Of a DNA stretch of 64,000 nucleotides, positions 1 through 13,936 are shown one piece after another; the first letter of the stretch is position 1, and every line of letters starts with the position of its first letter. Origin of the DNA: the human T2T-CHM13v2.0 reference genome, Homo sapiens; NCBI GenBank assembly GCA_009914755.4, contig CP068257.2:10080001-10144000 (forward strand), written 5' to 3'. Both the position numbers and the translations under genes were made by a program. The notes under the pieces are model-generated. The model was not told where the DNA came from, made no database searches, and worked only from the letters and a program-made list of their open reading frames with translations.

Positions 1-3000
1 TTTTGAATCTCTCTTTTTGTAGAATCTGCAAGTGGAAGTTTGGAGCCCTTTGCGGCCAATGGTGGAAAAGGAGATATCTTCAAATGAAAACTACACAGAA
101 ATATTCTGAGAAACTTCCTGTTGTGTGCATTCATCTCACACACTTGAACCTATCTTTTGATTGAGCAGTTTTGAAACCCTCTGTTTGTAGAATCTGAAAG
201 TGGATATCTGGAGCGCTTTGGTGCCTATTGTGGGAAAGGAAATATCATCACAAAAAAACTACACGGAAACATTCTGAGAAACTTCTTTGTGATGTATGCA
301 TTCATCTCACAGAGTTGAACCTTTCTGTCGATTCAGCAGTTTTCACATTCTTTTTGTAGAATCTGCAAGTGGATATTTGGAGCGCTTTGAGGCCTATGGT
401 GGAAAAGGAAATATCTTCACAGAAAAATTACACAGAAGCATTCTGAGGAAGTTCTTTGTGATGTGTGCATTCATCTGTCAAAGTTGAACATTTCTTTTGT
501 TTGAGCAGTTTGGGATCACTCTTTTTGTAGAATCTGCAAGTGGATATTTGGAGCATTTTGGAGTCTATGGTGTAAAAGTAAATATCTACACATAAAAACT
601 ACACAGAAGAATTCTGAGAAAATTCTTTGTGATGTGTGCATTCTTCTCACAGAGTTGAATCCATCTTATCATTGAGCAGTTTTGAGACACTCTTTTTGTA
701 GAAACTGCAAGTGGATATTTGGAGTGCTTTGAGGTCTATTGAATAAAAGAAACTATCTTCATATAAAAACTACACAGAATCATTCTGAGAAACTTCATTG
801 TGATGAGTGCATTCATAACACAGAGTTAAACCTATTTTTGATTCAGTAGTTTTGAATCTCTCTTTTTGTATAATCTGCAAGTAGATATTTGGAGCCCTTT
901 TCAGCCTATGGAGGAAAAGGAAATATCTTGAAATAAAAACTACATGGAAGCATTCTGAGAATCTTCTTTGTGATGTGTGCATTCATCCCACAGTGTTAAA
1001 CCTTTCTTTTGGTAGAGCAGTTTTCAAACACTGTTTTTGAAAAATCTGCAAGAGGATATTTTGAGCTCTTTGAGGCCTATTGTGGACAAGTAAATATGTT
1101 CACAGAAAAACTATAAAGAGGCATTCTGAGTAACTTCATTTGATGTGTAAATTCACTGAACAGAGATGAACCTATCTTATGATTGAGCAGTTTTGAAACA
1201 CTCTCTTTGTATAATCTTCCAGTTGATATTTGAAGCGCTTTGAGGTCTATTGTGGAAAAGAAATATCTTCACATAAAAAGTGCATAGAAGCATTCTGATA
1301 ATCTTCTTTGTGATGTGTGCATTCATCTCACAGAGTTGAACCTTTCTTTTGTTAGAGCAGTTTTGAAACACGGTTTTTGTAAAATCTGCAAGAGGATATT
1401 TTGAGCGCTTTGATGCCTATTGTGGAAAAGTAAATATTTCCACACAAAACCTATGCAGAGGCATTCTGAGTAACTTCTTTGTGATGTGTGCATTCATCTC
1501 ACAGAGTTGAACCTTTCTTTTGATTGAGCAGTTTTGAAACACTCTTTCTGTAGAATCTGCAAGTGGATATTTTGAACACTTTGAGGACTACAGTGGAAAA
1601 GGAAATATCTTCACATAAAAACTACACAGAAGCATTCTGAGAAACTTCTTCATCATGTGAGCATTCAACACACAGAGTTGAACCTATCTTTTCATAGAGC
1701 AGTTTTGAATCTCTCTTTTTGTAGAATCTACAAGAGGATATTTGGATACCTTTGCAGCCTATAGAGGAAAAGGAAATATCTTCAAATAAACACTACACAG
1801 GAGGATTCTAAGAAACTTCTTTATGATATGTGCATTCATTTGACATAGTTGAATCTTTCTTTTGATTGAGCAGTTTTGAAACTCAGTTTTTGTAGAATCT
1901 GCAAGTGGATATTTGGAGCCATTTGAGGCCTACTGTGGAAAAACAAATATCTTCACATAAAAACCACACAGAGGCATTCTGAGAAACTTCTTTGTGATGT
2001 GTGCATTCATCTCACAGTGTTGAAATTTTCTTTTGATTGAGCAGTTTTGGTTCTCTCTTTTTCTAGAATCTGGAATTGGATATTTGGAGCCTCTTGCGGT
2101 CTATGGAGGCAAAGGAAATATCTTCAAATAAAAACTACAGAGAAGAATTCTCAGAAATTTCTAGGTTCTATTTGCATTCATCTCACAGAGTTGAACCTTT
2201 CTTTTGATGGAGGAGTTTTGAAACACTCCTTTTGTAGATTCTGCAAGTGGATATTTGGTGCGCACTGAAGTCTATTGTCGAAAAGGCAATATCTTCACAT
2301 AAAAACTACACAGAAGCATTCTGAGAAACTTCTTTTTGATGTGTGCATTCATCTCACATAGTTGAACCTTTCTTTTCATTGAGAAGTTTTGGAACACAGT
2401 TTTTGTAGGATCTGCAAGTGGATATTTGGAGAGATTTGAGGTCTACTTTGTAAAAGCAATTATCTTCACATAAAAACTACACAGAAGCATTCTGAGAAAA
2501 TTTTGTGATGTGTGCATTCATCTCACACAGTTGAAACATTATTTTGATTGAGCAGTTTTGAAACACTCTTTCTATAGAATCTGCAAGTGGATATTTTGAG
2601 CATTTTGAGGCCTATAGTGGAAAAGGAAATATCTTCACATAAAAACTACACAGAATCATTCTGAGAAACTACTTTGTGATGTGTGCATTCATCTCACAGA
2701 GTTGAATCTATGTTATGGTTTAGCAGTTTTCAAACACTCTCTTTGTAGAATCTACAAGTGGATCCTTGGAACGATTTGAGGCATATTGTGGAAAAGGAAA
2801 TATGTTCACATAAAAACTACACAAAAGCATTCTGAGAAAGTTCTTTGTGATGTGTGCATTCAACTCACAGAGTCTAATCTGTCTTTTGATTGAGCAGTTT
2901 TTAAATACTGTTTTTGTAGAATCTGCAAGTGGATATTTTGTGGACTTTGAGGCCTATTTTGGAAAAGGAAATATCTTCACATAAAAACTACACAGAAGCA

Positions 3001-6000
3001 TTCTGAGAAACTTCTTTGTGATGTGTTCATTCAACTCACAAACTTGAACCTATATTTCGATTGAGCAGTTATGGATTTCTCTTTTTCTAGGATTTGGAAG
3101 TGGATATTTTGAGTCCTTTGTGGTTCATGGAGGCAAAGGAAATATCTTCAAATAAAATCTACACAGAAGCATTCTGAGAAACTTCTTTGTGATGTGTGCA
3201 TTCATCTCACAGAGATGAACCTATCTTATGACTGAGCAGCTTTGAAACACTCTCTTTGCAGAATCTTCAGGGGAATATTTGGAGTGCTTTGTGGCCAGTT
3301 GGGTAAAAGGAAATAGCTTCACATAAAACCTACACAGAATTATTCTGAGCAACTACTTTGTGATGTGCGTATTCATCTAACAGAGCTGTATGTTTCTTTT
3401 GGTTGAGCAGTTTTGAAACACTGTTTTTATAGAATCTGCAAGTGGATATTTGGAATGCTTTGAGGCCTACTGTGGAAAAACAAATATCTTCACGTAAAAA
3501 CCACACAGAAGCATTCTGAGAAACATCTCTGTGATGTGTGCATTCATCCCACAGAGTTGAAAGTTTCTTTTGATTGAGAACTTTTGAAACACACTTTTTG
3601 TAGAATCTGCAAGTGGATATTTGAAGCCCTTTGCAGCCTATGGAGGAAAAGGAAATATCCTGAAATAAATACTACACAGAAGCATTCTGAGAAACTTCTT
3701 TGTGATGTGTGCATTCATCTCATAGATTGGAACCTATCTTATGATTGAGCAGTTTTGAAACACTCTCTTTGTAGAATCTGCAAGTGGAAACTTGGACGAT
3801 TTCAACCCTATAGTGGAAAAGGAAATATCTTCACATAAAAACTTCACAGAAGCATTCTGAGAAACTTCTTTGTGATGTTTGCATTCGTCTCACAGAGATG
3901 AATATTTCTTTTGATTGTGCAGTTTTGAAACACTGTTTTTGTAGAATCTGCAACTGGATATTTGGAGCCCTTTGCGGTCTATATGAAAAAAGGAAATATC
4001 TTCAGATAGAAACTACACAGAAACATTGTGAGAAACTTCTTTGTGATGTGTGCATTCATCTCACAGAGTTGAACTTTTCTTTTGATGGAGAAGTTTTGAA
4101 ACACTCTTTTTGTAGAAACTGCAAGTTGCTATTTGGAGCCCTTTGCGGCATATGGTGAAACAGGGAATACCTTCACATAAAAACTACACAGAAACATTCT
4201 GAGAAACTTCTTTGTGATGTGTGCATTACTCTCACAGAGTTGAACCATTCTTTTGATTGAGCAGGTTTGAAACAATCTCTTTGTAGAATCTGCAAGTGGA
4301 TACTTGGAATGCTTTGAGGCCTATTGTGGAAAAGGAAATATCTTCACATAGAAACTACACAGTAGAATTCAGTGAAACTTCTTTGTGATGTGTGCATTCA
4401 ACTCACAGAGTTGAACATTTCTTTTGATTGACCAGTTTGGAAACATTCTTTTTGTAGAAACTGCAAGTGGATATGTGGAGCCTTTTGTGGCCTAAGGTGG
4501 AAAAGGAAATATCTTCACATAAAAACTACACAGAAGCATTCTAACAAACTACCTTGTGATGTGTGCATTCATCTGACAGAGATGAACCTTTATTTTGATT
4601 GAGCAGTTTTGAAAAACTCTTTTGTAGAATCTGCAAGTGGATCTTTGGAGAGCTTTGAGCCTATTGCAAAAAAGAAAATATCTTCACATAAAAACTACAC
4701 AGAAGGAGTCTGAGATAATTTTTGTGATTGTGCATTCATTTCACCTTTCTTTTGACTATGCAGTTTGGAAATACTCTTTTAGGGTGATCTGCAAGTGGAT
4801 ATTTGCAGTGCTAGGAGGCATATTGAGGAAAAGGAAATATCTTCCCATAAAAAATACACAGAAGCATTCTGAGAAACTTATTTGTGATGTGTGCATTCAA
4901 CTCTCGGAGTTGAACCTATCTTTTGATAAGCAGTATTGAAACACTTTTTTTTTTGGAATCTGCAGGTGGATATTTGGAGCGCTTTGAGGCCTATGGTGTA
5001 AAAGGAAATATCTTCACATAAAAACTACACAGAAGCATTCAAAGAAACTTCTTTGTGATGTGAGCATTCAACTCACAGAGTTGAACTTAACTTTTTATTG
5101 AGGAGCTTTGAAAATCTCTTTTTGTAGAATCTGCAAGTGGATATTTAGAGCCCCTTGCTGCCTGTGGTGGAAAAAGAAATATCTTCACATAAAAACTTCA
5201 CAGAAGCATTCTGAAAAAAACTTCTTGGTGATGTGTGCATTCATATCACAGAGTTCAACATTTCTTTTGATTGAGCTGTTTTGAAACACTATTTTTGTAG
5301 AATCTGCAAGTGGATATTTGGAGCACTTTGAGGCCTATTGTAGAAAAGGAAATATCTTCACATGAAAACAACACAGAAACATTCTGACAAATTTCTTTGT
5401 GATGTGTGCGTTCATCTCACAGAGTTGAACTTTTCTTTTGATTGAGCAGTTTTCAAACACTGTTTTTGTAGTATCTCTAAGTGGATATTTTGAGCGCATT
5501 GGGGTCTATGGTGGAAAAGGATATATCTTCACATAAAATCTACACAGAAGCATTCTGAGAAACTTCTTTCTGACGTGTGTATTCAAACCACAGATTTGAA
5601 CCTATCTTTTGATTGTACAGTTTTCAAACTCTCTTTTTGTAGAATCTGCAAGTGGATATTTGGAACCTTTTTTGGCCTCTGGTGGAAAAGGAAATAACTT
5701 CACATAAAAACTACACAGAAGCATTCTGAGAAACTTCATTGTCATGTGTGGATTCATCTCAGAGTGTTGAACCTTTCTTTTCACTGAGCACTTTTGAAAC
5801 AGTCTTTTTGTAGAATCTGCAAGTGGATATTTGGAGCCCCTTGAGTCCTACTGTGGAAAAGAAAATATCTTTACATAAAAACATCACAGATGCATTCTGA
5901 GAAACTACTTTGCAAGGTGCGCATTCATCTCACATAGTTCAACTTTCTTTTGATTGAGCAATTTTGAAACACACTTTTTGTAGAATCTGCAACTAGATAT

Positions 6001-9000
6001 TTGGAGTGCATTGAGGCCTATGGTGGAAAAGGAAATATCTTCACTTAAAGCTACACAGAAGCATTCTGAAAAACTTCTTTGTGAAATGTTCGTTCAACAC
6101 ACTGTGGTGAACATTTCTTTTCATTGAGCAGTTTTGAAAACCACTATTTGTAGAATCTGCAAGTGGATATTTGTAGTGCTTAGAGGCCTATTGTGGAAAA
6201 GGAAATATCTTCACATAAAAATTACACAGAAGCATTCTGAGAAACTTGTTTGTGATGAGTGCATTCAGCTCACAGAGTTGAACCTATCTTTTGATAGAGC
6301 AATTTTGAAACTCTCTTTTTGTAGAATCTGCAAGTGGATATTTGGAGCCCTTTGTGGCCTATGGTGGAAAAGGAAATATCTTCACATAAAAACTACACAG
6401 AAGCATTCTGAGAAATGTCTTTTTAAGTGTTCATTCATGTCACAGAGCGCTTTGAGGCCCATTGTGGAAAAGGATATATCTTCACATAAAAACTACACAG
6501 AAGCATTCTGAGAAACTTCTGTGTAATATGTGCATTCATCTCCCAGAGTTGTAACTTTCTTTTGATTGAGCAGTTTGGAAACACTCTTTTAGTAAAATCT
6601 ACAAGTGGATACTTGGAGCGCTTTGAGGCATATTGTAGAAATGGAAATATCTTCACATAACAACTAAACAGAAGCATTCTGAGAAACTTCTTTGAGATGT
6701 GTGCATTTAACTCAGAGTTGTATCTATCTTTTGATAGAGGAGTTTTGAAACTCTCTTTATGTAGAATCTGTAAGGGAATATTTGGAGCCCTTTGTGGCCT
6801 ATGGTGTAAAAGGAAATACCTTCACATAAAAACTACACAGAAGCATTCTGAGAAACTTCTTTGTGTTGTGTGCATTCATCTCAAAGAGATGAACCTTTAA
6901 TTCGATTGAACAGTTTTGAAACACTCTTTTTGTAGAATCTGCAAGTGGATATTTGGAACGCTTTGGAGAGAATGGTGGAAATGGATATATCTTCATATAA
7001 AAACTACGGAAAAGCATTCTGAGAAACGACTTTGTGATGTGTGTATTCAAATCACAGCGTTGAACCATTCTTTTGATTGTGCAGTTTTGAAACTCTTTTT
7101 GTGGAATCTGCAAGTAGATACTCGGAGGTCTTTGCGGAGTATTGTGGAAAAGGAAATAACTTTGCATAAAAGCTACACAGACACATTCTGGGAAACTTCT
7201 TTGTGATGTGTGCATTCAACTCACAGAGTTGAACCTTTCTTTTGATTGAGCAGTTTTGAAACACACTTTTTGTTGAATCTGCAAGTGGATATTTGGAGAG
7301 GTTTGGGACTTATGGTGGAAAAGTAAATATCTTCACATAAAAACTGCACAGAGGTATTCTGAGAAACTTCCCTCTGATGTTCACATTCAGCTCACTGAAT
7401 TGGACCTTTCCTTTGATTGAGCAGTTTTGAAACACTCTTTTGTAGAATCTGCAATTGGATATTTGAAGCGCTTTCCAGCCTCGAGTGGAAAAGGAAATAT
7501 CTTCACATAAAAACTAGACAGAAATATTCTGCGAAACTTCTTTGTGATGTGTGCATTCTTCTCACAGAGTTGAACTTTTCTTTTGATTGAGCAGTTTTGA
7601 AACACTCTTTTTGTAGAATCTGCAAGTGGATATTTGGAGCACTTCCAGTCCTACGGTGTTAAAGGAAATATCTTCACATCAAAACTAGACAGAAGCACTC
7701 TGAGAAACTTCTTTGTGATGTGTACATTCAACTCACAGGTTTGAACCTTTCTTTTGATTAAGCAGTTTTGAAACACACTTTTTGTAGAATCTGAAGGTGG
7801 ATATTGGGAGCACTTTGGGGCCTATGGTGTAAAAGAAAATATCTTCAAATAAAAACTGGACAGAATCATTCTGAGAAACAACTTTGTGATGTGTGCATTC
7901 ATCTCACTGAGTTGAACGTTTCTTTTGATTGAGTAGTTTTGAAACGCACATTTGTAGACTCTACCAGGGGATATTTGGAGTACTTTGGGGTCTACGGTGG
8001 AAAAGGAAATATCTTCACCTAAAAACTAGACGGAAGCATTGTGAGAAGCTTCTTTGTGATGTGTGCATTCAACTAACACAGTTGAACCTTTCTTTTGATT
8101 GAGCAGTTTTGAAACACTCTTTTTGAAGAATCTGCAAGTGGATATTTGGAGCGCTTTGCGGCCTATTGTGGAAAAGGATATATCTTCAAATAAAAACTAG
8201 AAAGAAGCACTTTGAGAAACTTCTTTATGAGATGTGCATTCATCTCGCAGACTTGAACCTTTCTTTCGATTGAGCAGTTTTGAAACACTATTTTTGTAGA
8301 ATCTGCAAGGGATATTTGAAGAGATTTGAGGCCTAATGTGGAAAAGGAAATATCTTCACATGAAAACTAGACAGAAGCATTCTGAGAATCTTCTTTGTGA
8401 TGTGTGCATTCATCTTACAGAGCTGAAACTTTCTTTTGATTCAGCAGTTTTGAAATACTCTGTTTATGGAATCTGCTTGTGGATTTTTGGAGCGATTTGA
8501 GTCACGTTGTGGAAAAGGAAATATTGTCATATGAAAACTAGAAAGAAGCATTCTGAGAAAATTATTTGTGATGTGTGCATTCAACTCACAGAGTTGAAAG
8601 TTTCTTTTGATTGAGCAGTTTGGAAACACTGTTTTTGCAGAATCTGCAAGTTGATATTTGTAGCGCTTGGTGGCCTATATTGGAAAAGGAAATATCTTCA
8701 CATATATACAAGACGGAAGCATTCAGGGAAACTACTTTGTGATGTGCATTCAATTCAAAGAGCTGAACATTTACCCTGATTGAGCTGCTTGGAAAGCATC
8801 TTTCTGTAGTATCTGCAATTGGACATTTTGAGCGCTTTGAGGCCTATGGTGGAAAAGGAAATATCTTCACATAAAAACTAGACAGAAGCATTCTGAGAAA
8901 ATTCTTTGTGATGTGTGCATTCAACTCACAGAGTTGAACCTTTCTTTTGATCGAGCAGTTTGGAAGCAGTCTTTTTGTAATATCTACCAGTGGATATTTG

Positions 9001-10990
9001 GATCACTTTACATCATGGATTGGAAAAGGAAACATCTTCACATAAAAACTAGACAAAAGCATACTGAGAAACTTCTTTGTGATGTGTCCATTCATCTCGT
9101 AGAGTTAAATCTTTCTTTTGATAGAGCAGGTTTGAAACACTCTTTTTGTAGGTTCTGCAAGTGTATATTTGGAGTGCTCTGTGGCCGATAGTGGAAAAGG
9201 AAATATCTTCACATAAAAAAATACACAGAAGCACTCTGAGAAACTTCTCGGTGTTGTGTGCAGTCATATCACAGACTTGAAACTTTCTTTGATACAGCAG
9301 TTTCAAAACGCTCTTTTTGGAGATTCTGAAAGTAGATATTTGGAGAGACTTGGGGCCTATGGTGGAAAAGGAAATATCTTCACATAAAAACTAGACAGAA
9401 GCATTCTGAGAAGCTTCTTTGTGATATGTGCATCCATCTCAAAGAGTTGAACCTTTCTTTTGATTGAGCATTTTTGAAGCACTCTTTTTGTAGAATCTTC
9501 AAGTGGATATTTGGAATGCTTTGTGGCCTGTGGTGGAAAAGGAAATATCTTCACATAAAAACTAGACAGAAGCATTCTGAGAAACTTATTTGTGATGTGC
9601 TCATTCAACTCACAGATTTAAACTTTTCTTTTGATTGAGCAGTTTGGAAACAGTCTTTTTGTAGTACCTGCAAATGGATATTTGGAGTGCTTTGGGGCCT
9701 GTGGTGGAAAAGGAAATATATACACACAAAAACTAGACAGAAACATTATGAGAAACTGCTCTGTGATGCGTGCATTCATCACCAGGGTTGAACCTTTCTT
9801 TTGATTGAACAGTTTTGAAACACTCTTTCTGTAGAATCTGAAGGGGATATTTGGAACGCCTTGCGGCCTATGGTGAAAAACGAAATATCTTCACATAAAA
9901 ACTAGACAGATGCATTCTGAGAAAGTGCTTTGTGAGGTGTACATTCATCTCACAGAGTTAAACCTTTCTTTTGATTGAGCAGTTTTGAAACACTCTTATT
10001 GTACAATCTGCAAGTGGATATTTGGAGAGTTTGAGGCCACTGGTGGAAAAGCAAATATCTTCACATAAAAACTAGACAGAACCATTCTGAGAAATCTCTT
10101 TGAGATGCGTGCATTCAACTCACAGAGTTGGACCTTTCCTTTGATTGAGCAGTTTGGAAACAGTCTTTTTGCAGTATATGCAAATGGATATTTGGAGCAC
10201 TTTCAGGCCTATAGTAGGAAAGGAAATATCTTCACATAAAAACTAGACAGAAAATTACTGAGAAATTTCTCAGTGATGTGTGCATTCATCTCACAGAGTT
10301 GAAACTTTCTTTTGATTGAGCAGTTTGGAAACACTCTTTTAGTAGAAACTGCAAGGGGATATTTGGAGCACTTTGTGGTCTTTGGTAGAAAAGGATATAT
10401 CTTCACATTAAAAATAGACAGAAGCATTCTGAGGAACTTCTTCATGATGTGTGCATTCATCTCAGAGAGTTGAACTTTTCTTTTGATTGAGCAGCTTTGA
10501 AAAACTCTTTCTGCAGAATCTGCAAGTTGATATTTGGAGTGCTTTGGGGCCTATAGTAGAAAAGGAAATATCTTCACATAAAACTAGACAGAAGCATTCT
10601 GAGAAACTTCTTTGTGATGTGTGCATTAATGTCACAGAGTTGAACCTTTCTTTTGTTTGAGCAGTTTTGAAACTCTCTTTTTGTAGAATCTTCAAGTGAA
10701 TATTTTTAGCACTTTGAGGCCTGTGGTGGAAAAGAAAACATCTTCACATAAAAACTAGTCAGAAGCTTTCTGAGAAACTTCTTTGTGATGTGTGCATTCA
10801 ACTCATGGAGTTGAACCTTTCCTTTGATTCAGCAGTTTGGAAACAGTCTTTTTGTAGTATCTGCAAATGGATATTTGGAGAGCTTTGAGGCCTATGGTGA
10901 AAAAGAAAATATCTTCACATAAAAACTAGACAGAAGCATTCTCAGAAACTTCTTTGTGATGTGTGCATTCATCTCACAGAGCTCACAGAG
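1..10990 (+). repeat. Alpha satellite (alphoid) array, ~171-bp monomers, consensus-sense orientation. Divergent monomeric type; the actacacag monomer class dominates 1-~7300 and the actagacag class from ~7400.
   Basis: Canonical alphoid string read directly throughout: ttctgagaaacttctttgtgatgtgtgcattcatctcacagagttgaacctttcttttgattgagcagttttgaaacactctttttgtagaatctgcaagtggatatttggag...ctatggtggaaaaggaaatatcttcac, recurring every ~170 bp at roughly 70-95% pairwise identity. No CENP-B box (TTCGTTGGAAACGGGA) is seen. Confidence 0.96.
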
Positions 10991-11005
10991 TTGAACCCTT
11001 GTTTT

Positions 11006-11419
11006 TTTTTTTTATTGTACTTTAAGTTTTAGGGTACATGTGCACATTGTGCAGGTAAGTTACATATGTATACATGTGCCATGCTGGTGCACTGCACCCA
11101 CTAACGTGTCATCTAGCATTAGGTATATCTCCCAATGCTATCCCTCCCACCTCCCCCGACCCCACCACAGTCCCCAGAGTGTGATATTCCCCTTCCTGTG
11201 TCCATGTGATCTCATTGTTCAATTCCCACTTATGAGTGAGAATATGCGGTGTTTGGTTTTTTGTTCTTGCGATAGTTTACTGAGAATGATGGTTTCCAAT
11301 TTCATCCATGTCCCTACAAAGGACATGAACTCATCATTTTTTATGGCTGCATAGTATTCCATGGTGTATATGTGCCACATTTTCTTAATCCAGTCTATCA
11401 TTGTTGGACATTTGGGTTG
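11006..11419 (-). mobile_element. L1 (LINE-1) 3'-terminal fragment, 5'-truncated, antisense. It covers the ORF2 C-terminus and the 3'UTR, with its poly-A seen as poly-T at 11001-11013. It is flanked by a target-site duplication TTGAACCCTTGTTTT (10991-11005) / TGAACCCTTGTTTT (11420-11433).
   Basis: The + strand reads tttttttttattgtactttaagttttagggtacatgtgcacattgtgcagg, the reverse complement of the L1 3'UTR end. The minus-strand ORF 11219..11401 translates to IDWIKKMWHIYTMEYYAAIKNDEFMSFVGTWMKLETIILSKL, the L1 ORF2 C-terminus. Removing the element and one TSD copy restores a normal alpha monomer (cacagagttgaacccttgttttgattgagcag). Confidence 0.95.
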
Positions 11420-13048
11420 TGAACCCTTGTTTTGATTGAGCAGTGTTGAAACACTTTTTATAGAATCAGCAAGTGGATATTTGTTGCACTTTGAGACCTA
11501 TGGTGGAAAAGGAAATATCTTCACAGAAAAACCACAAAGAAGAATTCTGAGAAACACCTTTGTGGTGTGTGGTTTCATCTCTCATATTTGAACCTTTCTC
11601 TTTATTGAGCAGTTTGGAAACAATCTTTTTGTAGTATCTGCAAATGAATTTTTGGAGCTGAGGCCTGTGGTGAAAAATGAAGTATCCTCACATAAAAACC
11701 AGACAGAAGGATTCCTAGAAAGTGCTTTGTGATGTGTGCATTAATCTCACAGATTTGAAACTTTATTTTGATTGAGGAATTTTGAAACACTCTTTGTGTA
11801 GAATCTGCAAGTGGATATTTGGAGCGCTTTGAGGCCTATGGTGGAATAGGAAATATCTTCACATTAAAACAGGACAGAAGCATTCTGAGAAACTTCTTTG
11901 TGTTGTGTGCATTCATTTCACAGAGTTGAACCATTCCTTTGATTGAGCAGTTTGCCAACTGTCATTTTGTAGAATCTACAGAGGGATATTTGTGAACCCA
12001 TTAATGCCTATGGGGTGATAGGAAAGATCTTCATATAAAAACTAGAGAGAAACTTTCTGAGAAACTTCTTTGTGATGTGTGCATTCATCTCACAGAGTTG
12101 AACTTTTCTTTTGATTGAGCAGTTTGGAAACAGTCTTTTTTGGAATCTGCAAACAGATATTTTTTTTTGCTTTGAGGCCTATGGTGGAAAAGGAAATATC
12201 TTCACATAAAAACTAGACAGAAGCATTCTGAGAAACTTCTTTGTGATGTGTGCACTCATCTCACAGACTTGAAGCTTTCTTTTGATTGAGCAGTTTTGAA
12301 AAACTCTTTTTGTAGAATCTGCAAGTCGATATTTGGAGCGTTTTGTGTCCTATATTGGAAAAGGTAATATCTTCACATAGAAACTTGACAGAAGCATTCT
12401 GAGAAACTTCTTTGTGATATGTGCATTCATCTCACAGGATTTAACTTTCTTTTGATTGAGCAGTTTGGAGCCCATCGTTTTGTAGGATCTGTGAAGGGGT
12501 ATTTTTGTTCCCATTGAGGCTTATGGGGTAATAGGAAATATCTTCACATAAAAACTAAACAGAAAAATTCTGAGAAAATTCTTTGTGATATGTGCTTTCA
12601 TCTCACAGAGTTGAAATTTTGTTTTGATTGGGCAGTTTGGAATCCGTCTTTTTGTAGAATCTGCAAGTGGATATTTGGAGGGCTTTGAGACCTATGGTGA
12701 AAAAGGAAATATCTTCACATTAAAAATATACAGAAGCATTCTGAGAAACTTCTTTGTCTTGTGTGCATTAATTTCGCAGAGTTGAACCTTTGTATTGATT
12801 GAGCAGTTTGGAAACGGTAGTTTTGTAGAATCTGTAGAGGGATATTTTTCAGCCTACTGAGGCCTCTGAGGAAATAGAGAATATCTTCAGATAAGAACCA
12901 GACAGAAGCATTCTGAGAAACTTCCTTCTGGTGTGTGCATTCATTTCACAGAGTTGAACCTTTCTTTTGATTGAGCAGTTTGGAAACAGTGTTTCTGTAG
13001 TAACTGCAAATGGATATTTGGAGTGCTTTGAGGCATACGTTTAAAAAG
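11420..13048 (+). repeat. Alpha satellite, sense orientation (continuation of the array between two L1 insertions)
   Basis: Same alphoid monomer periodicity and motifs as the flanking array. Confidence 0.95.
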
Positions 13049-13936
13049 GAAAAAAAACAAACCAACAACCCCTTCAAAAAGTGGGCGAAGGACATGAACA
13101 TACACTTCTCAAAAGAATATGTTTATGCAGCCAAAAAACACATGAAAAAATGCCCACCATCACTGGCCATCAGAGAAATGCAAATCAAAACCACAAGGAG
13201 ATACCGTCACACACCAATTAGAATGGCAATCATTAAAAAGTCAGGAAACAACAGGTGCTGGAGAGGATGTGGAGAAATAGGAACACTTTTACTCAGCGGG
13301 TGGCACTGTAAACTAGTACAACCATTGTAGAAGTCCGTGTGGTGATTCCTCAGGGATCTAGAACTAGAAATACCATTTGACCCAGCCATCCCATTGCTGG
13401 GTATATAACCAAAGGACTATAAATCATGCTGCTATAAAGACACATGCACACATATGTTTATTGCGGCACTAGTCACAACAGCAAAGAGTTGGAACCAACC
13501 CAAATGTCCAACAATGATAGACTTGATTAAGAAAATATGGCACATATACACCATGGAATACTATGCAGCCATAAAAATGATGAGTTCATGTCCTTTGTAG
13601 GGACATGGATGAAATTGGAAATCATCATTCTCAGTAAAATATCGCAAGAACAAAAGACCAAACACTGCGTATTCTCACTCATAAGTGGGAATTGAACAAT
13701 GAGAACACATGGACACAGGAAGGGGAACGTCATACTCTGGGGACTGTTGTGGGGTGGGGTGAGGGGGCAGGGATAGCATTAGGAGATATACCTAATGCTA
13801 AATGACGAGTTAATCGGTGCAGCACACCAGCGTGGTACATGTATACATATGTAACTAACATGCACATTGTGCACATGTACCCTAAAACTTAAAGTATAAT
13901 AATAATAAAATAATAAATAAATAAATAAATAAATAA
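13049..13936 (+). mobile_element. L1 3'-terminal fragment, 5'-truncated, sense. It covers the last ~100 codons of ORF2 plus the 3'UTR and ends in a degenerate (AATAA/ATAAA)n poly-A tail. Putative TSD AAAAAGGAAA (13041-13050 and ~13935-13944).
   Basis: ORF 13010..13330 translates to [76 protein letters not shown], a match to L1 ORF2. The 3'UTR string ggtgcagcacaccagcgtggtacatgtatacatatgtaactaacatgcacattgtgcacatgtaccctaaaacttaaagtataataataataaa follows. The reconstructed empty site gaggcatacgtttaaaaaggaaatatattcacataaaaac is a plausible alpha monomer. Confidence 0.94.

Noticed and set aside
10998-11013. T13 run that could be read as a terminator or simple repeat
   Set aside because: It is the poly-A tail of the antisense L1 insertion, immediately followed by the reverse complement of the L1 3'UTR end and bounded by the TSD.
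13890-13936. (AATAA)n/(ATAAA)n microsatellite; similar ones at 28705-28736 and 43885-43912
   Set aside because: Each is the degenerate poly-A tail of an L1 3' end lying directly before a TSD. They are not independent microsatellite loci.
11006-13936. The two opposite-orientation L1 3' ends as one inverted L1 (twin priming) spanning 11006-13936
   Set aside because: They are separated by 1.6 kb of ordinary alpha satellite and each has its own poly-A tail and its own TSD, so they are two separate insertion events.
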